Origin: Neoechinorhynchus agilis | Taxonomy: Eukaryota; Animalia; Acanthocephala | NCBI GenBank assembly: GCA_051530055.1 | Contig: CM121341.1 | Span: 11,014,784-11,078,783 of the forward strand | DNA: 64,000 nucleotides | Reading direction: 5' to 3' | Shown: positions 50,968 through 64,000 of the stretch, piece after piece | How positions within the stretch are numbered: position 1 is the first letter of the stretch | How the letters are laid out: each line of letters opens with the position of its first letter | Notes under the pieces: model-generated | What the model saw: only the letters and a program-made list of their open reading frames with translations | Database searches by the model: none | Told to the model about the DNA's origin: nothing | Made by a program: the position numbers and the translations under genes

Positions 50968-53845
50968 ATGACTGAGGATCGTCAAGTGGAACCAATTCAC
51001 CGCCCACGTTCCTCATCAATGGAAAACGTTTGTCTAACACACAATAATGCAACAAATGACAACACTTGCAGGTTATGTATAATCTTGCCTGATGATCAAA
51101 TATCGCAATCCCGCCACCACCATCACCACCACCGGCAACAACAGCAAACGTACCTAAGCCTTGTCGTCGAGACTCAGACACCCATTTTAGACCTTTTAGT
51201 CTATGTTTCAAGTGTTTGCCATTTTAATCCATCTGACTATGTTTTATGTCTATCCAACTCGTCAGGTTCCATTCTGCTTCCACTTAGACCGAGTCAACGA
51301 GTCGGAGATGCTGTACCGAACCTAGCAAATGAGGCGAGCTTTCTGAGGGTCGTTGCTAAACAATCGAACCTTGTTAGCTGGCAAAAAATGTCAAGTATTC
51401 AGAAACAACCGTCTGATGGATCTCGAAAACGACTATTTCCTATGGTATTTGTGCCAACCGTCATTATGCCAAATGGACGAATATGGCAACCGCCTGCTGA
51501 AACGACGTCCACTACCATCAATACCAACGTTAACGCCGCAGAGCAGAGATTAAGTCACTTGCTAACTACATCGAGCTTCTCAACCCGAATTCGGGGTTAC
51601 GCAACCGAAAAACCCGGAATCCAATTATGTCAACAAGAAAATTTAATCAGGATTCATTTAAATATTTAATGAGAAACAATTATCCGACCAGCGTACATTT
51701 CATGCAAATTCGATTTAAGGCGAAACGTTGAAGCAATCTAAGGAAAATCAATATGCTAGTTTTGGTTTTAATTTGTTGAATTCGGAAGTGTTTCTGACGA
51801 TGAAGCTAAAGGAAACTTCTGCCCTGTGAAGTGATAACCTACTTTTTAAAAGCAGTGGCATTTTCTTTGAATTATTTTGAATTTTATAATAAAAGTGGGG
51901 CGTAGTGGTAAAAAAACCCTATAGATCTACCGAAATTATCGAAACCCAGTACATGTCAAACGCATGTGATCCGTACTCATTTTACCCTTTTTAAATGGGT
52001 TCACAACAACCTTAAATTGATCGAAAGGGAGTAGTTGATAACCTTTCCATCTTCAGTTGTCCGTTTGATTGCATCTTTATGAATATAAACATCATTTTCG
52101 CTTTTAAGGCCTAGAAAAGTTTTGCCTTATCTACAACAATAAGTGTATTTAGCACGTAGATATGAACGCAAAGGTGGTTTTTTTGCAATTCCTTCTAAGT
52201 GTAACATGAACTATTTTTGTCGTTTGAGAAATTACTTCCTTCTGTCAACGCGATTTCCAATATAAGCTGCCCGTTTTTCAACTCTCCCAAGGAGTTGAGA
52301 ACCGATGAGATGGATGAAGTGTGTAAGGAAACTGGACTTGATCAGAACGAGTATGTATTTCGAACAAAGTCTGATGGAGCGGTAGTGCCCCATTCTTTGC
52401 GATTACGGGATTTGGCCAATAGCAAGGATGATGTTGTCCTTGAGTTAGTACCAGCACTTAAGCACTGTGATCTAGCAGAGACCGAACAATCGGTTGATCG
52501 GATGTACAGTAGCAGATCGGTAGGTCGACCTTCACAAGCCCATAAGGCTGACCAGCGTAAGACGGTTTGTTTCAGCGATGCGGAGGTATGTACTGAAAGT
52601 CCAACAAGGAACATTACGAGTTTTCGAAGTGTTAACGAATACGTTGTGAACGGTATTGGGGTCAATGGGAGACTACCAGGGCGGCAGATAGACAAAGGGA
52701 AGTACATGAGGAGGATAAACTTTACACTTTCCTTTGTATAGAATACACGTCGTCAATAAGAAATGAGCCAACGATAGATGAAACAGTCGCCAGTAGACAG
52801 AAAAGAAGAGCTCCTCCGCCGCCAGGGAGTTTAGTGTGCATGAATCATCCACCTGAATGGTCACTACGTTCAAAATCCACAATAGAAGATATCAGTGAGG
52901 ATTTTCAGCAAGCGTTAATGATGGGACGCGAAACGCTATTCGCCAAAGAATCTAGTGATCAATCCACTCAGACTTGTGTTGAGTTTGAACCAGCTAAGCC
53001 TTTTCATATCGACCAGAGCGTCCAAACGAGTGACGCTGAGTTTAAAACCGTCACATTGTTGGAGCATTCGTATGTTGAAAGAAGGAAAAGTCTAGAATAT
53101 GCAATCGATAAATCACCTTCCGATCCGGTGGGTAACTTGTGCTCAGTAATGCGCGATTTACCAGAAGTTTCGAAAGTACATCCTCTCATTCAACACGTTC
53201 AACCGAGTGATTCTTATAGAAGAAGATTTGCAGCCGGAAGTAGTAATGTGAGTCGGATAATCAGAGACCATGATCGTCTCTTACCGATTCATGTCAGCTC
53301 AATCATCCATGAGCACCTTTTGTTCCCCATGAACTGCCAAGCAATAGTTCTCGCCAGTAAAGAAAAACCATTGAAAGTGCCAGTCGCTATTGAGGTCACC
53401 GAACGCACGACCCTTGTTCAATGCACTGTAACCGTGGAAGCTGAGGGTAAAATTGTGTCGAGCACTACGAGAGCTCTGGAAGGTGAGGGGGATTTAATTG
53501 TTGGAAATCTCGAATTGAATGATGAATGCATCGGGAATGAATGACAGTATTGATCAAGGCGATCGCTGTGTTGTGCACAATGTTCGCATACACACTCGAT
53601 GCGACAATGAAATGATCTTAAGAAAATTAAAGAAAATGAATGTGGAGGATCTTTTAGAAGATTTCTTGAGCCACTCAAAAAACTCGTCCGAAATCCACGA
53701 TGGTTTTCCCATTTATAATTTCCCAGTGAATTGCCGAATGAGGTCACCTCACAGAGATGGAAAATGCCAAATGATTATTCAAATAACTCACGTCTCATAT
53801 TACGTCACATACACAATTCTTCCGGATGAAGAACTATACGTTTAA
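50968..53845 (+). CDS. Cordon-bleu-like protein (tandem ubiquitin-like domains); exon structure and 3' end uncertain
   Basis: LCIILPDD..TPILDLLVYVSSVCHFNPSDYVL..LRPSQRVG resembles the first Cobl Ubl domain; VCKETGLDQNEYVFR..SLRLRDL resembles a further Ubl repeat. Recalled similarity only. Confidence 0.5.
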
Positions 53846-53944
53846 CACCTGAATGTTTTGACTTAGACGCTCGGACTAGAATGGAGAATCACTACGAGAA
53901 AATCCAAAGGAATGATGGATTTCATGGGATGTTGTGGTTCTCAT

Positions 53945-54690
53945 AATTTCAACTTGTGGTGAAGATAATCCCGGTTAAAAATCATTTTATTGTTCTGAAA
54001 TAGTTTAGAAAGAGAGGAAACCTCGCCTTATCTATCATTGCTTGTAAGTTTTTAATTATGTGACCGGGATTATGTTCACCACAAGTTAAAATTTATCACC
54101 CCGATCCTCCTGATAGAAAATATTTCCATTGAGATGTTTCGAGAGAGGGATGCCTCAGCGATCATCTAAGCCACGAAATATCTAGAGATTTTCTATCCGT
54201 TAGGAGAATGTGACCACCAAGTCTCCTAAAATTGAAAATCCTCCTTGCAAATTTCATTTTCCTCCACCCGCCAAATACCTACATAAGATTTTCCACAGAC
54301 AATCAAAATACCTCTCAACTCTACTCGCCCCTTTCAAAAATCATTTTATTGAATTTAAAAATATTTCGAAAGAGGAAACCTCGCCTTATCCCAATAAAAT
54401 GAAGGGCAATAAGGCGAATTTTAGCGTAAAACTACCTGCCAGTGACGAAGTTAAAATCAATAGAACACACACACGATACAGTGCAGGGTTTACGAGCAGG
54501 GAATACGGTCCCCGAACCTTGTTGGAAGTGGCGAATCTGTCAACCCGAGCCTACTAGACAAAACATAAAAACGAACCATAACCAAAAACGTTTTTTTAGA
54601 TGATTGATAAGGCGAGGTTTCCTCTTCCGAAATATTTCCTAATAATAAAATGATTTTTAACCGGGATTATCTTCACCATAAGTCAAAATG
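53945..54690. repeat. Cluster of three degenerate family B copies in both orientations
   Basis: gataaggcgaggtttcctc and accgggattatcttcacca repeats; IR aacttgtggtgaa(g/c)ataatcccggt encloses the copy at ~53947-54087. Confidence 0.75.
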
Positions 54691-56662
54691 GCTTTATGTG
54701 TATCACAAACTCCACCTGAATTTCTCTAAATGCTTCGAAACGATCCCTTTGTTCTTCGGAAGCCATACATCCTCCCCCGAGCTTCTAAATGGCATCCTAC
54801 GAGTCACCTCCCTAAGATTTGAGTCTCCAATTTTAATAAAACTTGAAATGAGATTTGCACATCACTCTCTCCCTCAAGTTCAACACCTTTAAAATTTATC
54901 TCCTCAAACGCCTCCTACATTTAGGAATCCCTTCCCCAACCTTGCAACCTTTCCAAATAGCTAATCCGCCGTCTTGAAATGTTTCATAAAAGAGCATCAA
55001 AAATTTACACAACTTACTTTCCCCCTTCCTTTCAACCAACATTTTTATAAGATGAAGCTCGACTGCACTACTTTCTCCGTGTGCATTAAGTGCAGATTTC
55101 TTAAATATTCCACTAACTGTGATTCCAGCACTAAAATCCATCTCTTATTTGTAGCCTTTCTTATTGATTCCACACTTTGATCTTATCGTTTTTCGAAATG
55201 TTCATCCCATTCGATCATCACAGAGCTGAGAGATTACAAACAACGACTTATTTAAGTATAGTATTTGCTTTAAACAATAATTTAAAATAAGGTTATTTTT
55301 TGTTCTGGAATTCTCCGATAAATGCAATTTCACGAAATTTGTATAAAAATTTTAACGTTTTTTGTAATCGAGTAAGTATTTTTTATCTTCACGAACTCTC
55401 GTTACCGTCGAAATACGTCATTTTTAAAGTTTTGTTGTTAGGTCTTATCAAAATATTGATTTAGAAACTTACTAAGTCAGTCAGCGTGTGGGATTCAAAC
55501 GAAATTCTAATTGTGCGATGATTTGTATTCGAGCGAACAAATTTTCTCAATCGCGGTTGTTTTATTATACGATATGCGCGCTTCTATTGGTATATTGAAG
55601 GTGGGAAACGGAATCGCAGAAAAAGATTTTGTTGTGTTCGATTTTTGGCATAACGGCGTGAAGCACATTGAATATTTTAGAATCTTTATAAATTTCGAAA
55701 GTTATCACGAAATAATTCTTAAAGCGCGACTTTAATCGATATAGGCAGCAATCGGGCAATTTAGACGCCGAGTATTCGGTGCGAATCATTTCATATATTT
55801 ATCCTCCGTCATATCTTATTAAAAATTTGTCGTTACGTCAAGAGCTTATTACTAGTTTTTAAACAGATCTATTACCATAAAGAATCTATAAAAAAAGAAG
55901 CTGCACTATTTTGGAATTTATTCGAATAGACAAAACTCGATGACAATTGTAAAACAGAATAGAATATTAGTAGTGTTCTTCAGGTCTTCACACTGGAAAG
56001 ATTTTTTATTATTAAAGACCTTGTTTTTAGAACTGATGATGAACACGACGAGGTTCGAAACGTCTTTAATAAAAAATCATTTAGCGGGTGAAGACCAAAA
56101 CAATAATTCTAATCATATACTCCGGTACCTCCTCACATATCGACATTTCAAATAGAAGATTTTTTATCTATCGCCGATAAACATAGTCGAAAATGTCTGT
56201 AACTGAATTTATTGAAATTGCTTTTACTTGCTATGATTTTGTTTAGCACGTTTTGATTATAAAGATACGTAATATCGTAATCTCTGAAGGTTTGAACAAT
56301 AATAGAAAATTCTTAAGAATAGCTTAGCAAGTACTTTTACTCCTAGCTACGTCCAATTTCGCAAACACAAATAATTCAATGATTTTTAAGTCTGTACTAA
56401 ATTGGAAACCCTTTTCTTCGATTTCGATACACCATTTTGCAATAATGTTTTAAGCTAATTTCGGTTCTTGTATGTTACGTTTTAATCTTTAAAAATGGCT
56501 TAATAGTTTTCTAAATTTGCTGTATCACTTACAAATTTGAATGGCAATTTTTTTTAACAATAAGCAAGCGTTTTTAATTTTAACTTTAAAAAATTGCGAC
56601 TCGCGTGCGAAAAACCTTTGTGTGCCCATTATAATCTCTATATTTCCAGAGTCAAAGAATTG

Positions 56663-58994
56663 ATGTTAGTTCAAATACAGTATCGCTTGTGCCTCCGATA
56701 TGTGAATTTGCGGAGATTGTCCGATGTTCGATTACGTTTTGCTCCAAGTCCAACGGGTTTAATGCATCTCGGAAATGCCCGAACCGCCTTGTTCAACTAC
56801 TTGTTTGCGAAAACGAACAATGGTGTAGTATTTCTCCGCTTTGACGACACTGACAAGTCCCGCTACGACGATCGATCAATTGCAGATATTCTGCGATGTA
56901 CCAGTTGGCTAGGAATGAAGTTTGACAGGTCTCCAATTTACCAATCTGAACGAATACCTGTCTATAATTTATTTGTAGACGAATTACTCTCAACGGGTAG
57001 AGCCTATAGTTGTTTTTGCACCCCAGGCGCCGATCCTAAGCAGTGTGAATGTGGACGGATTAAGGGCACTTTTGCGAACGGATAAATTAATGTATGACAC
57101 TTTGAGAACGAATATACCATTTACGATGTATCGGTTTGTTTCAGGAAAATTAGTCTTTAACAAAAAGTGAGATTGGCTTAAGCCTGTTTTCCTAATAAAT
57201 CGAAGAATATCCCCTTCTTCTGATAAAACCGTTTTAGTTAGCAAAAATGCCTTACTAAGACCTTTTTCGATGAAAAACCTGACTGCAAATCCGTGGTGAA
57301 ATTCAGACTTCATGACGAATTTAGTGAATTTGACGATCTTCTCTACGGTCCGATTCGAATCAATCCAAAGGCGGCTGAGGGCGACTTTGTTCTTCGACGA
57401 TCAAATGGAATCCCAACGTACCACCTCGCTTGTGTGGTCGATGATTATCTCATGAAAATTAGTCATGTAATCAGAGGAATCGAGTGGCAGATTTCTACTG
57501 ATCACGATCAATATCTATATTCTAATATTTACTGATTGTGATCGAGCCTACACCAAAACACATTCAAATTTTTCAGGCTTTAAACTGGCCTATCCCTCGG
57601 TATGGTCACCTGCCCATGTTAGTTAGTTCTCGGGGGAAAAAGTTGAAAAAAAGGCATAACGAGGACGAAATGGACGAAAACGACGTCCGAAGTTTGAGTG
57701 AGTACATTGAAATAGGAATCGATCCTTTGTCTATTATTCATTTGCTTACTAGACGAGGTCTGGACGAATGGAATGCCGAAAACCGAACTCTTGACGACTT
57801 TCAAAGGAATTTTTCTTTTATTTCACAAACGAAGCACCCAATCAGAATCGATCATGGTTCCATAAGAGGAATTCCGACGTTAAAGATCGATTAAATGGGA
57901 ATGTTATGTAACCAAGCTAAATTCCATATTAAAACACAGTGGTATTATTTCAGAAAGCAGTTGAAAATTTACCTTGCAAAGTATTTTTCGATTCTTAACG
58001 TCGCAATTCCTCTAATAATTGAAGAAGTATTTACATAATTTTAAGATGGCGACAGAAGACGGTTTGGTGGAGTCAGCCGACATGGGGTAAGCGCTTCGAA
58101 TAATATGCAGCTTTGGACGATAAAAAATTCTCACTTTAATCTTATCGCTAAAAATCGACTATATTATTTGAAAGGCTTGTCGATAGTTATTTTTTGATTT
58201 TATCTTAAAGATTCTAATACTCATTGTCACTTATCCATTTCCTTTGCTGAACTAAGCACTTTGTTTTGTATTTATTTCAAAAACTGTTATACCTAAACTT
58301 CATTAATTACCATTCCTTTAGAATATGTGAATCGATTTACATTAGCGATTGATTAAAAATTCATTTACATTCTACGTCGCAGAAAAGGTATCCCTGGCTT
58401 TGAAATAGTCCAAATGAGATATTTACTACCGCGCAGATAATGGGGAGTTAACAGTAGTCGATTATTTCGAAATGATCGCCCTTCTTATAATCTGTCGCCA
58501 CGTCTGTAATGAACATCAATCGCTGTGTTTTGGACGACAAAATTCGAAGAAAGGATATTAATGCAGGGACTTTAAGGGCGATGATAAGAAAAATGGATTT
58601 CGATTCGCGCGTACCGGTTACTCATGTTTACCTTCAGATGCTTCTCAATACTCTTGCTGGAAAAATTAGCACTCTCGATGAGTTATTCAAATCTGATTCG
58701 TATGCGTACTTATGGAAACGACCTAATATATCATTTTTAAACTTAAGAAACCCTAACGTTAATCTGGAAGATTTGTATCATTTGTCTGACCGAATCGCCA
58801 AGCGAAATGTTTCACAAATTAAGGATATAAAAAAGGACATATTACAATTTTGCAGATTGGCACTAACTGGAGTTGATAAAGGAATCCCACTTCTTGAAAT
58901 ATTTGATATTCTTGGTCACGAGGAATGCAGTTTAAGATTACAGCAAGCACTTAAACGGTACTCCGATGATATTAGTGAACCAAAAACCCACTGA
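56663..58994 (+). CDS. EARS2: Mitochondrial glutamyl-tRNA synthetase
   Basis: Arg-rich presequence, VRLRFAPSPTGLMHLGNARTALFNY, RFDDTD, PTYHLACVVDDYLMKISHVIRG, HLPML..KLKKR, anticodon-binding C-terminus. Some junctions could not be resolved canonically. Confidence 0.9.
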
Positions 58995-59061
58995 GATAAA
59001 GATATTTTCGAAGTTTTATTAAGATGTTAAGTATAAATCTAATGATTGTGGGTAATGGGGA

Positions 59062-59229
59062 CTAACAACAACAGCGGCAACATTCGCAGCATCTTTTTCG
59101 TCGATGATAAGGGACGAAAGCAACTGAAAAGTTACATCCAGCTCCACAAGGTCCTCCTCCGCCCATTTGTTGCATGAATGTTGGCGTGTAGCATGGCGTA
59201 CAATGCGACGAAGAACAACAGCAGCCCAT
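59062..59229 (-). CDS. 55-aa cysteine-rich microprotein (below the ORF-track cutoff)
   Basis: Manual translation MGCCCSSSHCTPCYTPTFMQQMGGGGPCGAGCNFSVAFVPYHRRKRCCECCRCCC*; 14 of 55 residues are Cys; GC-richer than flanks. Confidence 0.65.
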   Translation of the reverse strand: MGCCCSSSHCTPCYTPTFMQQMGGGGPCGAGCNFSVAFVPYHRRKRCCECCRCCC

Positions 59230-60281
59230 TTGAATTAAACACGAGTTTTCTTGATTAGTGAAATAAGAACGTTTCTCAATTCATCGTTCACTTAGACTAC
59301 TATAGCTCGCCTAAACCCCCCTTTGAACGAGCAACAAATAATTATATGTTGACAACGCTTGTAAAATCGTACAAAACACAATCGTTGATCACTTTCATTG
59401 CATCTGAACACAGATACTCACGCATTTCAAGTAGCCATGGTAAATATTCGTACACATTTAAAAGTAAAGTTTAGAGAAAATCCTCCGGGATGATAGAGTT
59501 GCGGTGATCATAATCCCGTAGCGAAGCTTCCTCTTTCGAAATATCTTCCATTCAATAAAATCCTAGAAATAAAGTGCCGAAATGTCTGGAAATTCTTTGT
59601 TGGGATTTTCGAGACTTCATTCCTATCTAAAAGCTAACTTGAAAGTCTTTGTTGGATACTCTATGCAATCCATACCAGTGATTTTTCGCGATAAAACGTG
59701 TTTATAAATATAGAGCATAAATCAAAAAAGTCATCCAATTTTTTCGGCAAAAGAGTTCAAGAACACCCTAATCTTTTTTCAAATACAATTTTCTTTATCA
59801 AATTTTACCAACATTCACACCACCGCTCTGGATCACTCAGCTTCTTTCCTGGTGTAATGTTCGAAAGGACGGATGCAGCGTTCCCCCCGTTGCAGAGTTA
59901 GACTTATGTATTGTAGGAGGAATGGTCTGGTGAAATTGCCGATATTACATTTTAGCATCGTTCTCATATGAAAAAGCAAGATGGCTGATTTGCGTTCTGA
60001 TCCCGCTTTCGCCTTACCAGTTTTACCATGAGAAGCGGAAACGCGGCTGCACGAATATTTCAAATAAAACTTGTTCGACAATAAATTTGCCAATCATTGA
60101 AAAATTGGCTGGAAGGAAAATTTTGTTTTCATTGTAAAGGTTCAATCGAATTTGCCATGACGGAATATCCATTGAGCACCATGACATCATAAGATTTTCC
60201 CTAAAAGAAAAATAGACAATGCTCTCAAATCTAAGTTATTTTTAGGGCTTTTGACCTCGAACACGCACTCTATTACATCTA

Positions 60282-60707
60282 TCATAAGCTATTCCGATCA
60301 ATCCGTTCATTTCCATGAAGTCTGAATGGATGATTTTCCCTCACGCGTTTCCCTCTAGGATTCCATTTAAATACATCACGATTGGCAGCTCCAAATATCT
60401 GGCACAGCCTATTAGTATCCAACCTAAATTGTTTCTTATCCATTGGTTTGCTTTTCTCAAAACGTTCAGCATATGACTGCCATACAGAAGCTTTTATAGG
60501 TTGTTCGTAATAAGCTTCAATCTTAACTGGTGGTAAAGGTCGAGTGTGTTCATAAGGATGTAGATCAATGTTGCTTTTTGGTGAAAAGAAACACAAAATG
60601 TGCCTCTGGTCAGTACTCATTCCAATTTGGATGACATTATCGTCCAATTTAGGATTTAGACCAACAGTACTTTTAAAACGCGGAAACGTTAATACCAACC
60701 TACGCAT
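60282..60707 (-). CDS. MRPL42: Mitochondrial ribosomal protein mL42-like
   Basis: IGMSTDQRHILCFFS...HPYEHTRPLP and RLCQIF....FKWNP match the recalled mL42 pattern (TSDGRTIVCYHP..PYEHTKP); basic N-terminal presequence. Confidence 0.7.
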   Translation of the reverse strand: MRRLVLTFPRFKSTVGLNPKLDDNVIQIGMSTDQRHILCFFSPKSNIDLHPYEHTRPLPPVKIEAYYEQPIKASVWQSYAERFEKSKPMDKKQFRLDTNRLCQIFGAANRDVFKWNPRGKRVRENHPFRLHGNERIDRNSL

Positions 60708-61319
60708 TATCAACTTTTGGAAAATAAAAAAACAGGATCATGCATTTTTATAAAATGATTTCTTCCGTGCGAATGGTCATCCTGCAAATATCGACATCTT
60801 CGTCGTTTTGTTGGTGTTGCCCCTCGAATTGCGTATCTTTTAGCAAAGTCTGGCTTGTTTCGGATGAAATTCGGGTAAAAATTTATTTTTTCATCGTTTG
60901 CTTTGTGTTCTTGTTGTTTGTGGAAGTGGGAGAAAATTCTACATCAGAGAATCACTTTAATTGAAATATTTCGTCCGATCACACTGGACTTTTCAGGCAA
61001 TTATTGCTTGTAAGTTATTGACACATTTAAAACTTACAAGCAATAATTGACTGAAGAAGTATGTACTCATGGATTTTATCTTTAGCTAACTGTTCTTGTT
61101 GTCTCATCGAAGGGTGCATCCTTTCACCAAGGTTTAAACATCCAAGTGTTCATCGTAAATCGCATTCACCTCGTTTGGAAGAAACATATCCACCCAACTT
61201 TTCCACCAGCCAACTCTTGTAAAAGCTCTTTCAAACAGCCATTTCCCTCCATTCTTTTCACTTAAATAAGAGGTCCTTTATCTAAAATAGATCATCTTTC
61301 GCTATTAACCTCTTCCACA

Positions 61320-63150
61320 AACGCAGACTTTCCACTCTTACAGAGACGAATGCGTAAGAGGTGGAGTGGCCATTTTCATTCGGTCCGACCTTTTCAACTA
61401 ATTACCAACCAAAATTTAACCACTAGCGTCCTCCCTCAGCCAATCTACAAATGGCATCACCGGAGATTGATGCACTGATAGCAAATCTTCACTCTCTTGG
61501 TCTTGAACATCTAATCATTCTTGATGATGTCAATTGTCTTACTATACCACTATCTCTCCTTGATTTCGTCCAGCAAGTAAAATTTCCTAACCGTCACAAC
61601 TCATATCTCGATAAAATCTTCACTAGCATCTACAAATAAAGGCTGCTTCGCTCCTCCTCAACGTGTCCCGGCCTCCACCCTTTACTGTCTGGGATAAGAT
61701 AGATCAACACATATTCACATTTACCAAATTAGTCTCGCGTAATCTCTCTTCATACAGAAAATCTATTTTTCACCCGAACCCCTCGGAGGCTATGCTTTCT
61801 CTAACTAATATACTTTTGTATGACTGCAGCTATTCCTAGGAAAACCATTCGCCTTTCCAACCGAGACCCACCTTTGATGTACCCTTTCCTTAAAATGCTA
61901 CAAATAAGAATAAGTAAAACACACCACGCATGCAATCGCCTTCAATCCTCTATTGCTCTCGCCTTCTCTTCCACTTGCCTTTGGTGTAAAAACACGAAAA
62001 TATCGAAAGAAAAAAATCTCTCTCTAACCTATCAAACTCCGATCTCCTAGTTACATTAAACTCTATCAATGCGCAACTTTGTGTTCCAGAACTACACCGC
62101 CGTACTTAGCTTTTACGACTTAACCTCTCATGATTTCGACGTATGTTATTCTCATGCTTCTTGGTAGACGATCCACTGAGCCATATAATCAACCAAAATT
62201 TCATGACCGGAATCTTCCCTAATTGCCTTAAAACAGCTCGGGTAACCCTGCTCCCGAAGGCAGGTAAACTTATACCCACCTCAAGTTTTCTACCCATCTC
62301 TATCTTACCTTCCTTCTCTAAAATCTTAGAGAGATGCTTTAAATCACAGCTTCTGCCAATCTTCAATCGAAAAATTTCACCCATTCAATTCGGTTTCCAG
62401 CCTAGCTTTTATTGTACGGATGACCTTCGTTACATCAACGATTCTCTTCTTCATAATCTCGACGTACATACTTCATTTATATCTCGATTCATCCAAATCG
62501 ACATTCATAAAGCTTCACCTTGAAAATCAAATGGTTGAAATCCTTCTAAAACAATCGATTACAATTTACCGAAATAGGGAGCATCGCCTCGAACACCTTA
62601 GCAATCAACAAGGGAGTCCCCCATGGAGTTGTTCTCTCCCCCATTCTTTTCAACATTTTCTTGAACGATCTTATTCCACCTTTTTTTATTCTAAATACTT
62701 CTTGTATGCTGATGATCTTGTCACTCTCAATTACTTCTAACGAGATTTCTCAAGTTCAATCATTTTACTCCTCTAAATGTCTTACCTTTAACTTAGACAA
62801 GTGCTTCGAAATCATCCCTTCAATCTCAAATAGTCCTTCCGATCAGCCACTTTTCCTTCCTTATAAACCGTGTCTCTTCAGTTCGTATCCTTGGTCTCCA
62901 TTTTCAGGAAAATCTAAAATTGGACAAGTACCTATCAATTTCGTTGCATAAAGGTTCTATTAAACTATATCTTCTTAAGCGCATCCGATTTCTTGGAATG
63001 TCATCCAAAGATATTAAGTACCTTTATATTTCCTTTATACTACCAACGCTCACCCAACTTTTTGCAATTTTTCTTCTTATCAATTCTAAAAACTTAACGC
63101 CTTTCACAAGAGGTTCCCTCCAATCATCTGCTTCTCCGAATTCATGCCAT
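61320..63150 (+). pseudogene. Decayed CR1/L2-type LINE
   Basis: Broken frames with RGGVAIFIR, ARVTLLPKAG, PISILPSFSKILER, QFGF, IDIHKA, QGS, LYADDL, RILGLHF, LYLLKRIR. Confidence 0.85.
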
Positions 63151-63199
63151 TAGAAAAACACCTTGCTCTTATATTTCAAAAGTACATCAGAGTGCCTTC

Positions 63200-63372
63200 A
63201 GTGTGGCTTTTTCACGGCTGATAATTTTCCTTAGGCAAGACGCGCACAAAATAACTTAATATCCTGAACCATACGCTGTTATGAGTTTGTACATCCCTCC
63301 GGATTCTCAGGTACCTCCAGGAGGCGGGACTCATCGGTAAGTTTCCTCCTTTCAGCGGTATTTCGTTCCTCC
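63200..63372 (-). mobile_element. Family A copy A7 (5'-truncated, core mutated)
   Basis: ggattctcaggtacc...gggactcatcggtaagtttcc...ggtatttcgttcc; core reads CCGAUGA and U16.1 is changed to C, so predicted inactive. Confidence 0.85.
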
Positions 63373-63564
63373 TCTACTTTTAACAATGAAACGTGTTATC
63401 CTTATACTGCCCAATCTTCTCGGACATCATTACCTGAAATGAACCGGAGGAAAGTACCAACCAGGTAACGTCTCCTACACCACTAACAAATAACTTTCAC
63501 ACCGGACCCATAATCCACTCAAAAATCATATTATTCACATCGAGTAAATTTGGTGTGAAAAATC

Positions 63565-63915
63565 GACGTGTTCATAGTTTTGGCTAGTTTTGCATCTATC
63601 TATTCGTCGTATGCATCTCGACACCAAATTGTTTTTATCGCATATAAAATTTGTATAAAGATCGGCATCTTCATCGTTTTGGCTAGTGTTGTCCCATCGA
63701 AATATGCATCTTCATACTAAATCGCATTCATCTCGAATGAAATAGGTTTAAATATCGACGCCTTCGCCGTTTGGTTTGTCGTCGCCTCTTCGGAGTATCC
63801 ATCTTTTCATAAAATCGCATTCATTATAAATATAAACTCGTTTATAAATCTACGTGTTTTTCGTTTCGTTTGTGTTGTCGCATTCTGATCAAAGTATCCA
63901 TCTTTTCACCTAATC
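63565..63915. repeat. Degenerate ~95-bp tandem repeat, ~4 copies
   Basis: ttcat(a/c)gttttggctagt...tat(g/c)catct...aaatcgcattcat motifs recur. Confidence 0.65.
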
Positions 63916-64000
63916 ATGTAATTATATGCGTAATTTGCGGATTGGACGTTATGTTGGTGCTAAATTAGCCTTTGTTCGAGCTATTGAAAATAAACCTCAG

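Overview
Eukaryotic DNA from an AT-rich, compact-genome invertebrate animal (standard code; most introns I could resolve are ~34-55 nt; no species assignable). Recognisable host genes: TEP1 (TROVE-VWA-DUF4062-NACHT-WD40), eIF4B, SMARCC/SWI3, a ZEB/zfh1-type zinc-finger fragment, Ku80, a cordon-bleu-like gene, mitochondrial GluRS (EARS2) and MRPL42. Orphans include an atypical homeobox, a secreted protein and a 55-aa Cys-rich ORF. Repeats: a 197-bp satellite, a near-intact LINE nested with a 10-bp TSD in a dead RTE, and Penelope, CRE-like and L2/CR1 relics. Main discovery candidate: a dispersed ~300-bp family (about 7 copies) with a tRNA-like Pol III head. It carries a complete hammerhead ribozyme core whose three strands lie in a non-circularly permuted order, with the CUGAUGA strand inside the loop of stem III, and copies are flanked by variable inverted repeats. 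Secondary candidates: a second family with minimal Penelope-type hammerhead hallmarks, and a 53-nt hairpin insert in a conserved EARS2 motif that has no GT/GC donor. All structures, alignments and splice models were derived by eye; none were computed or database-searched.
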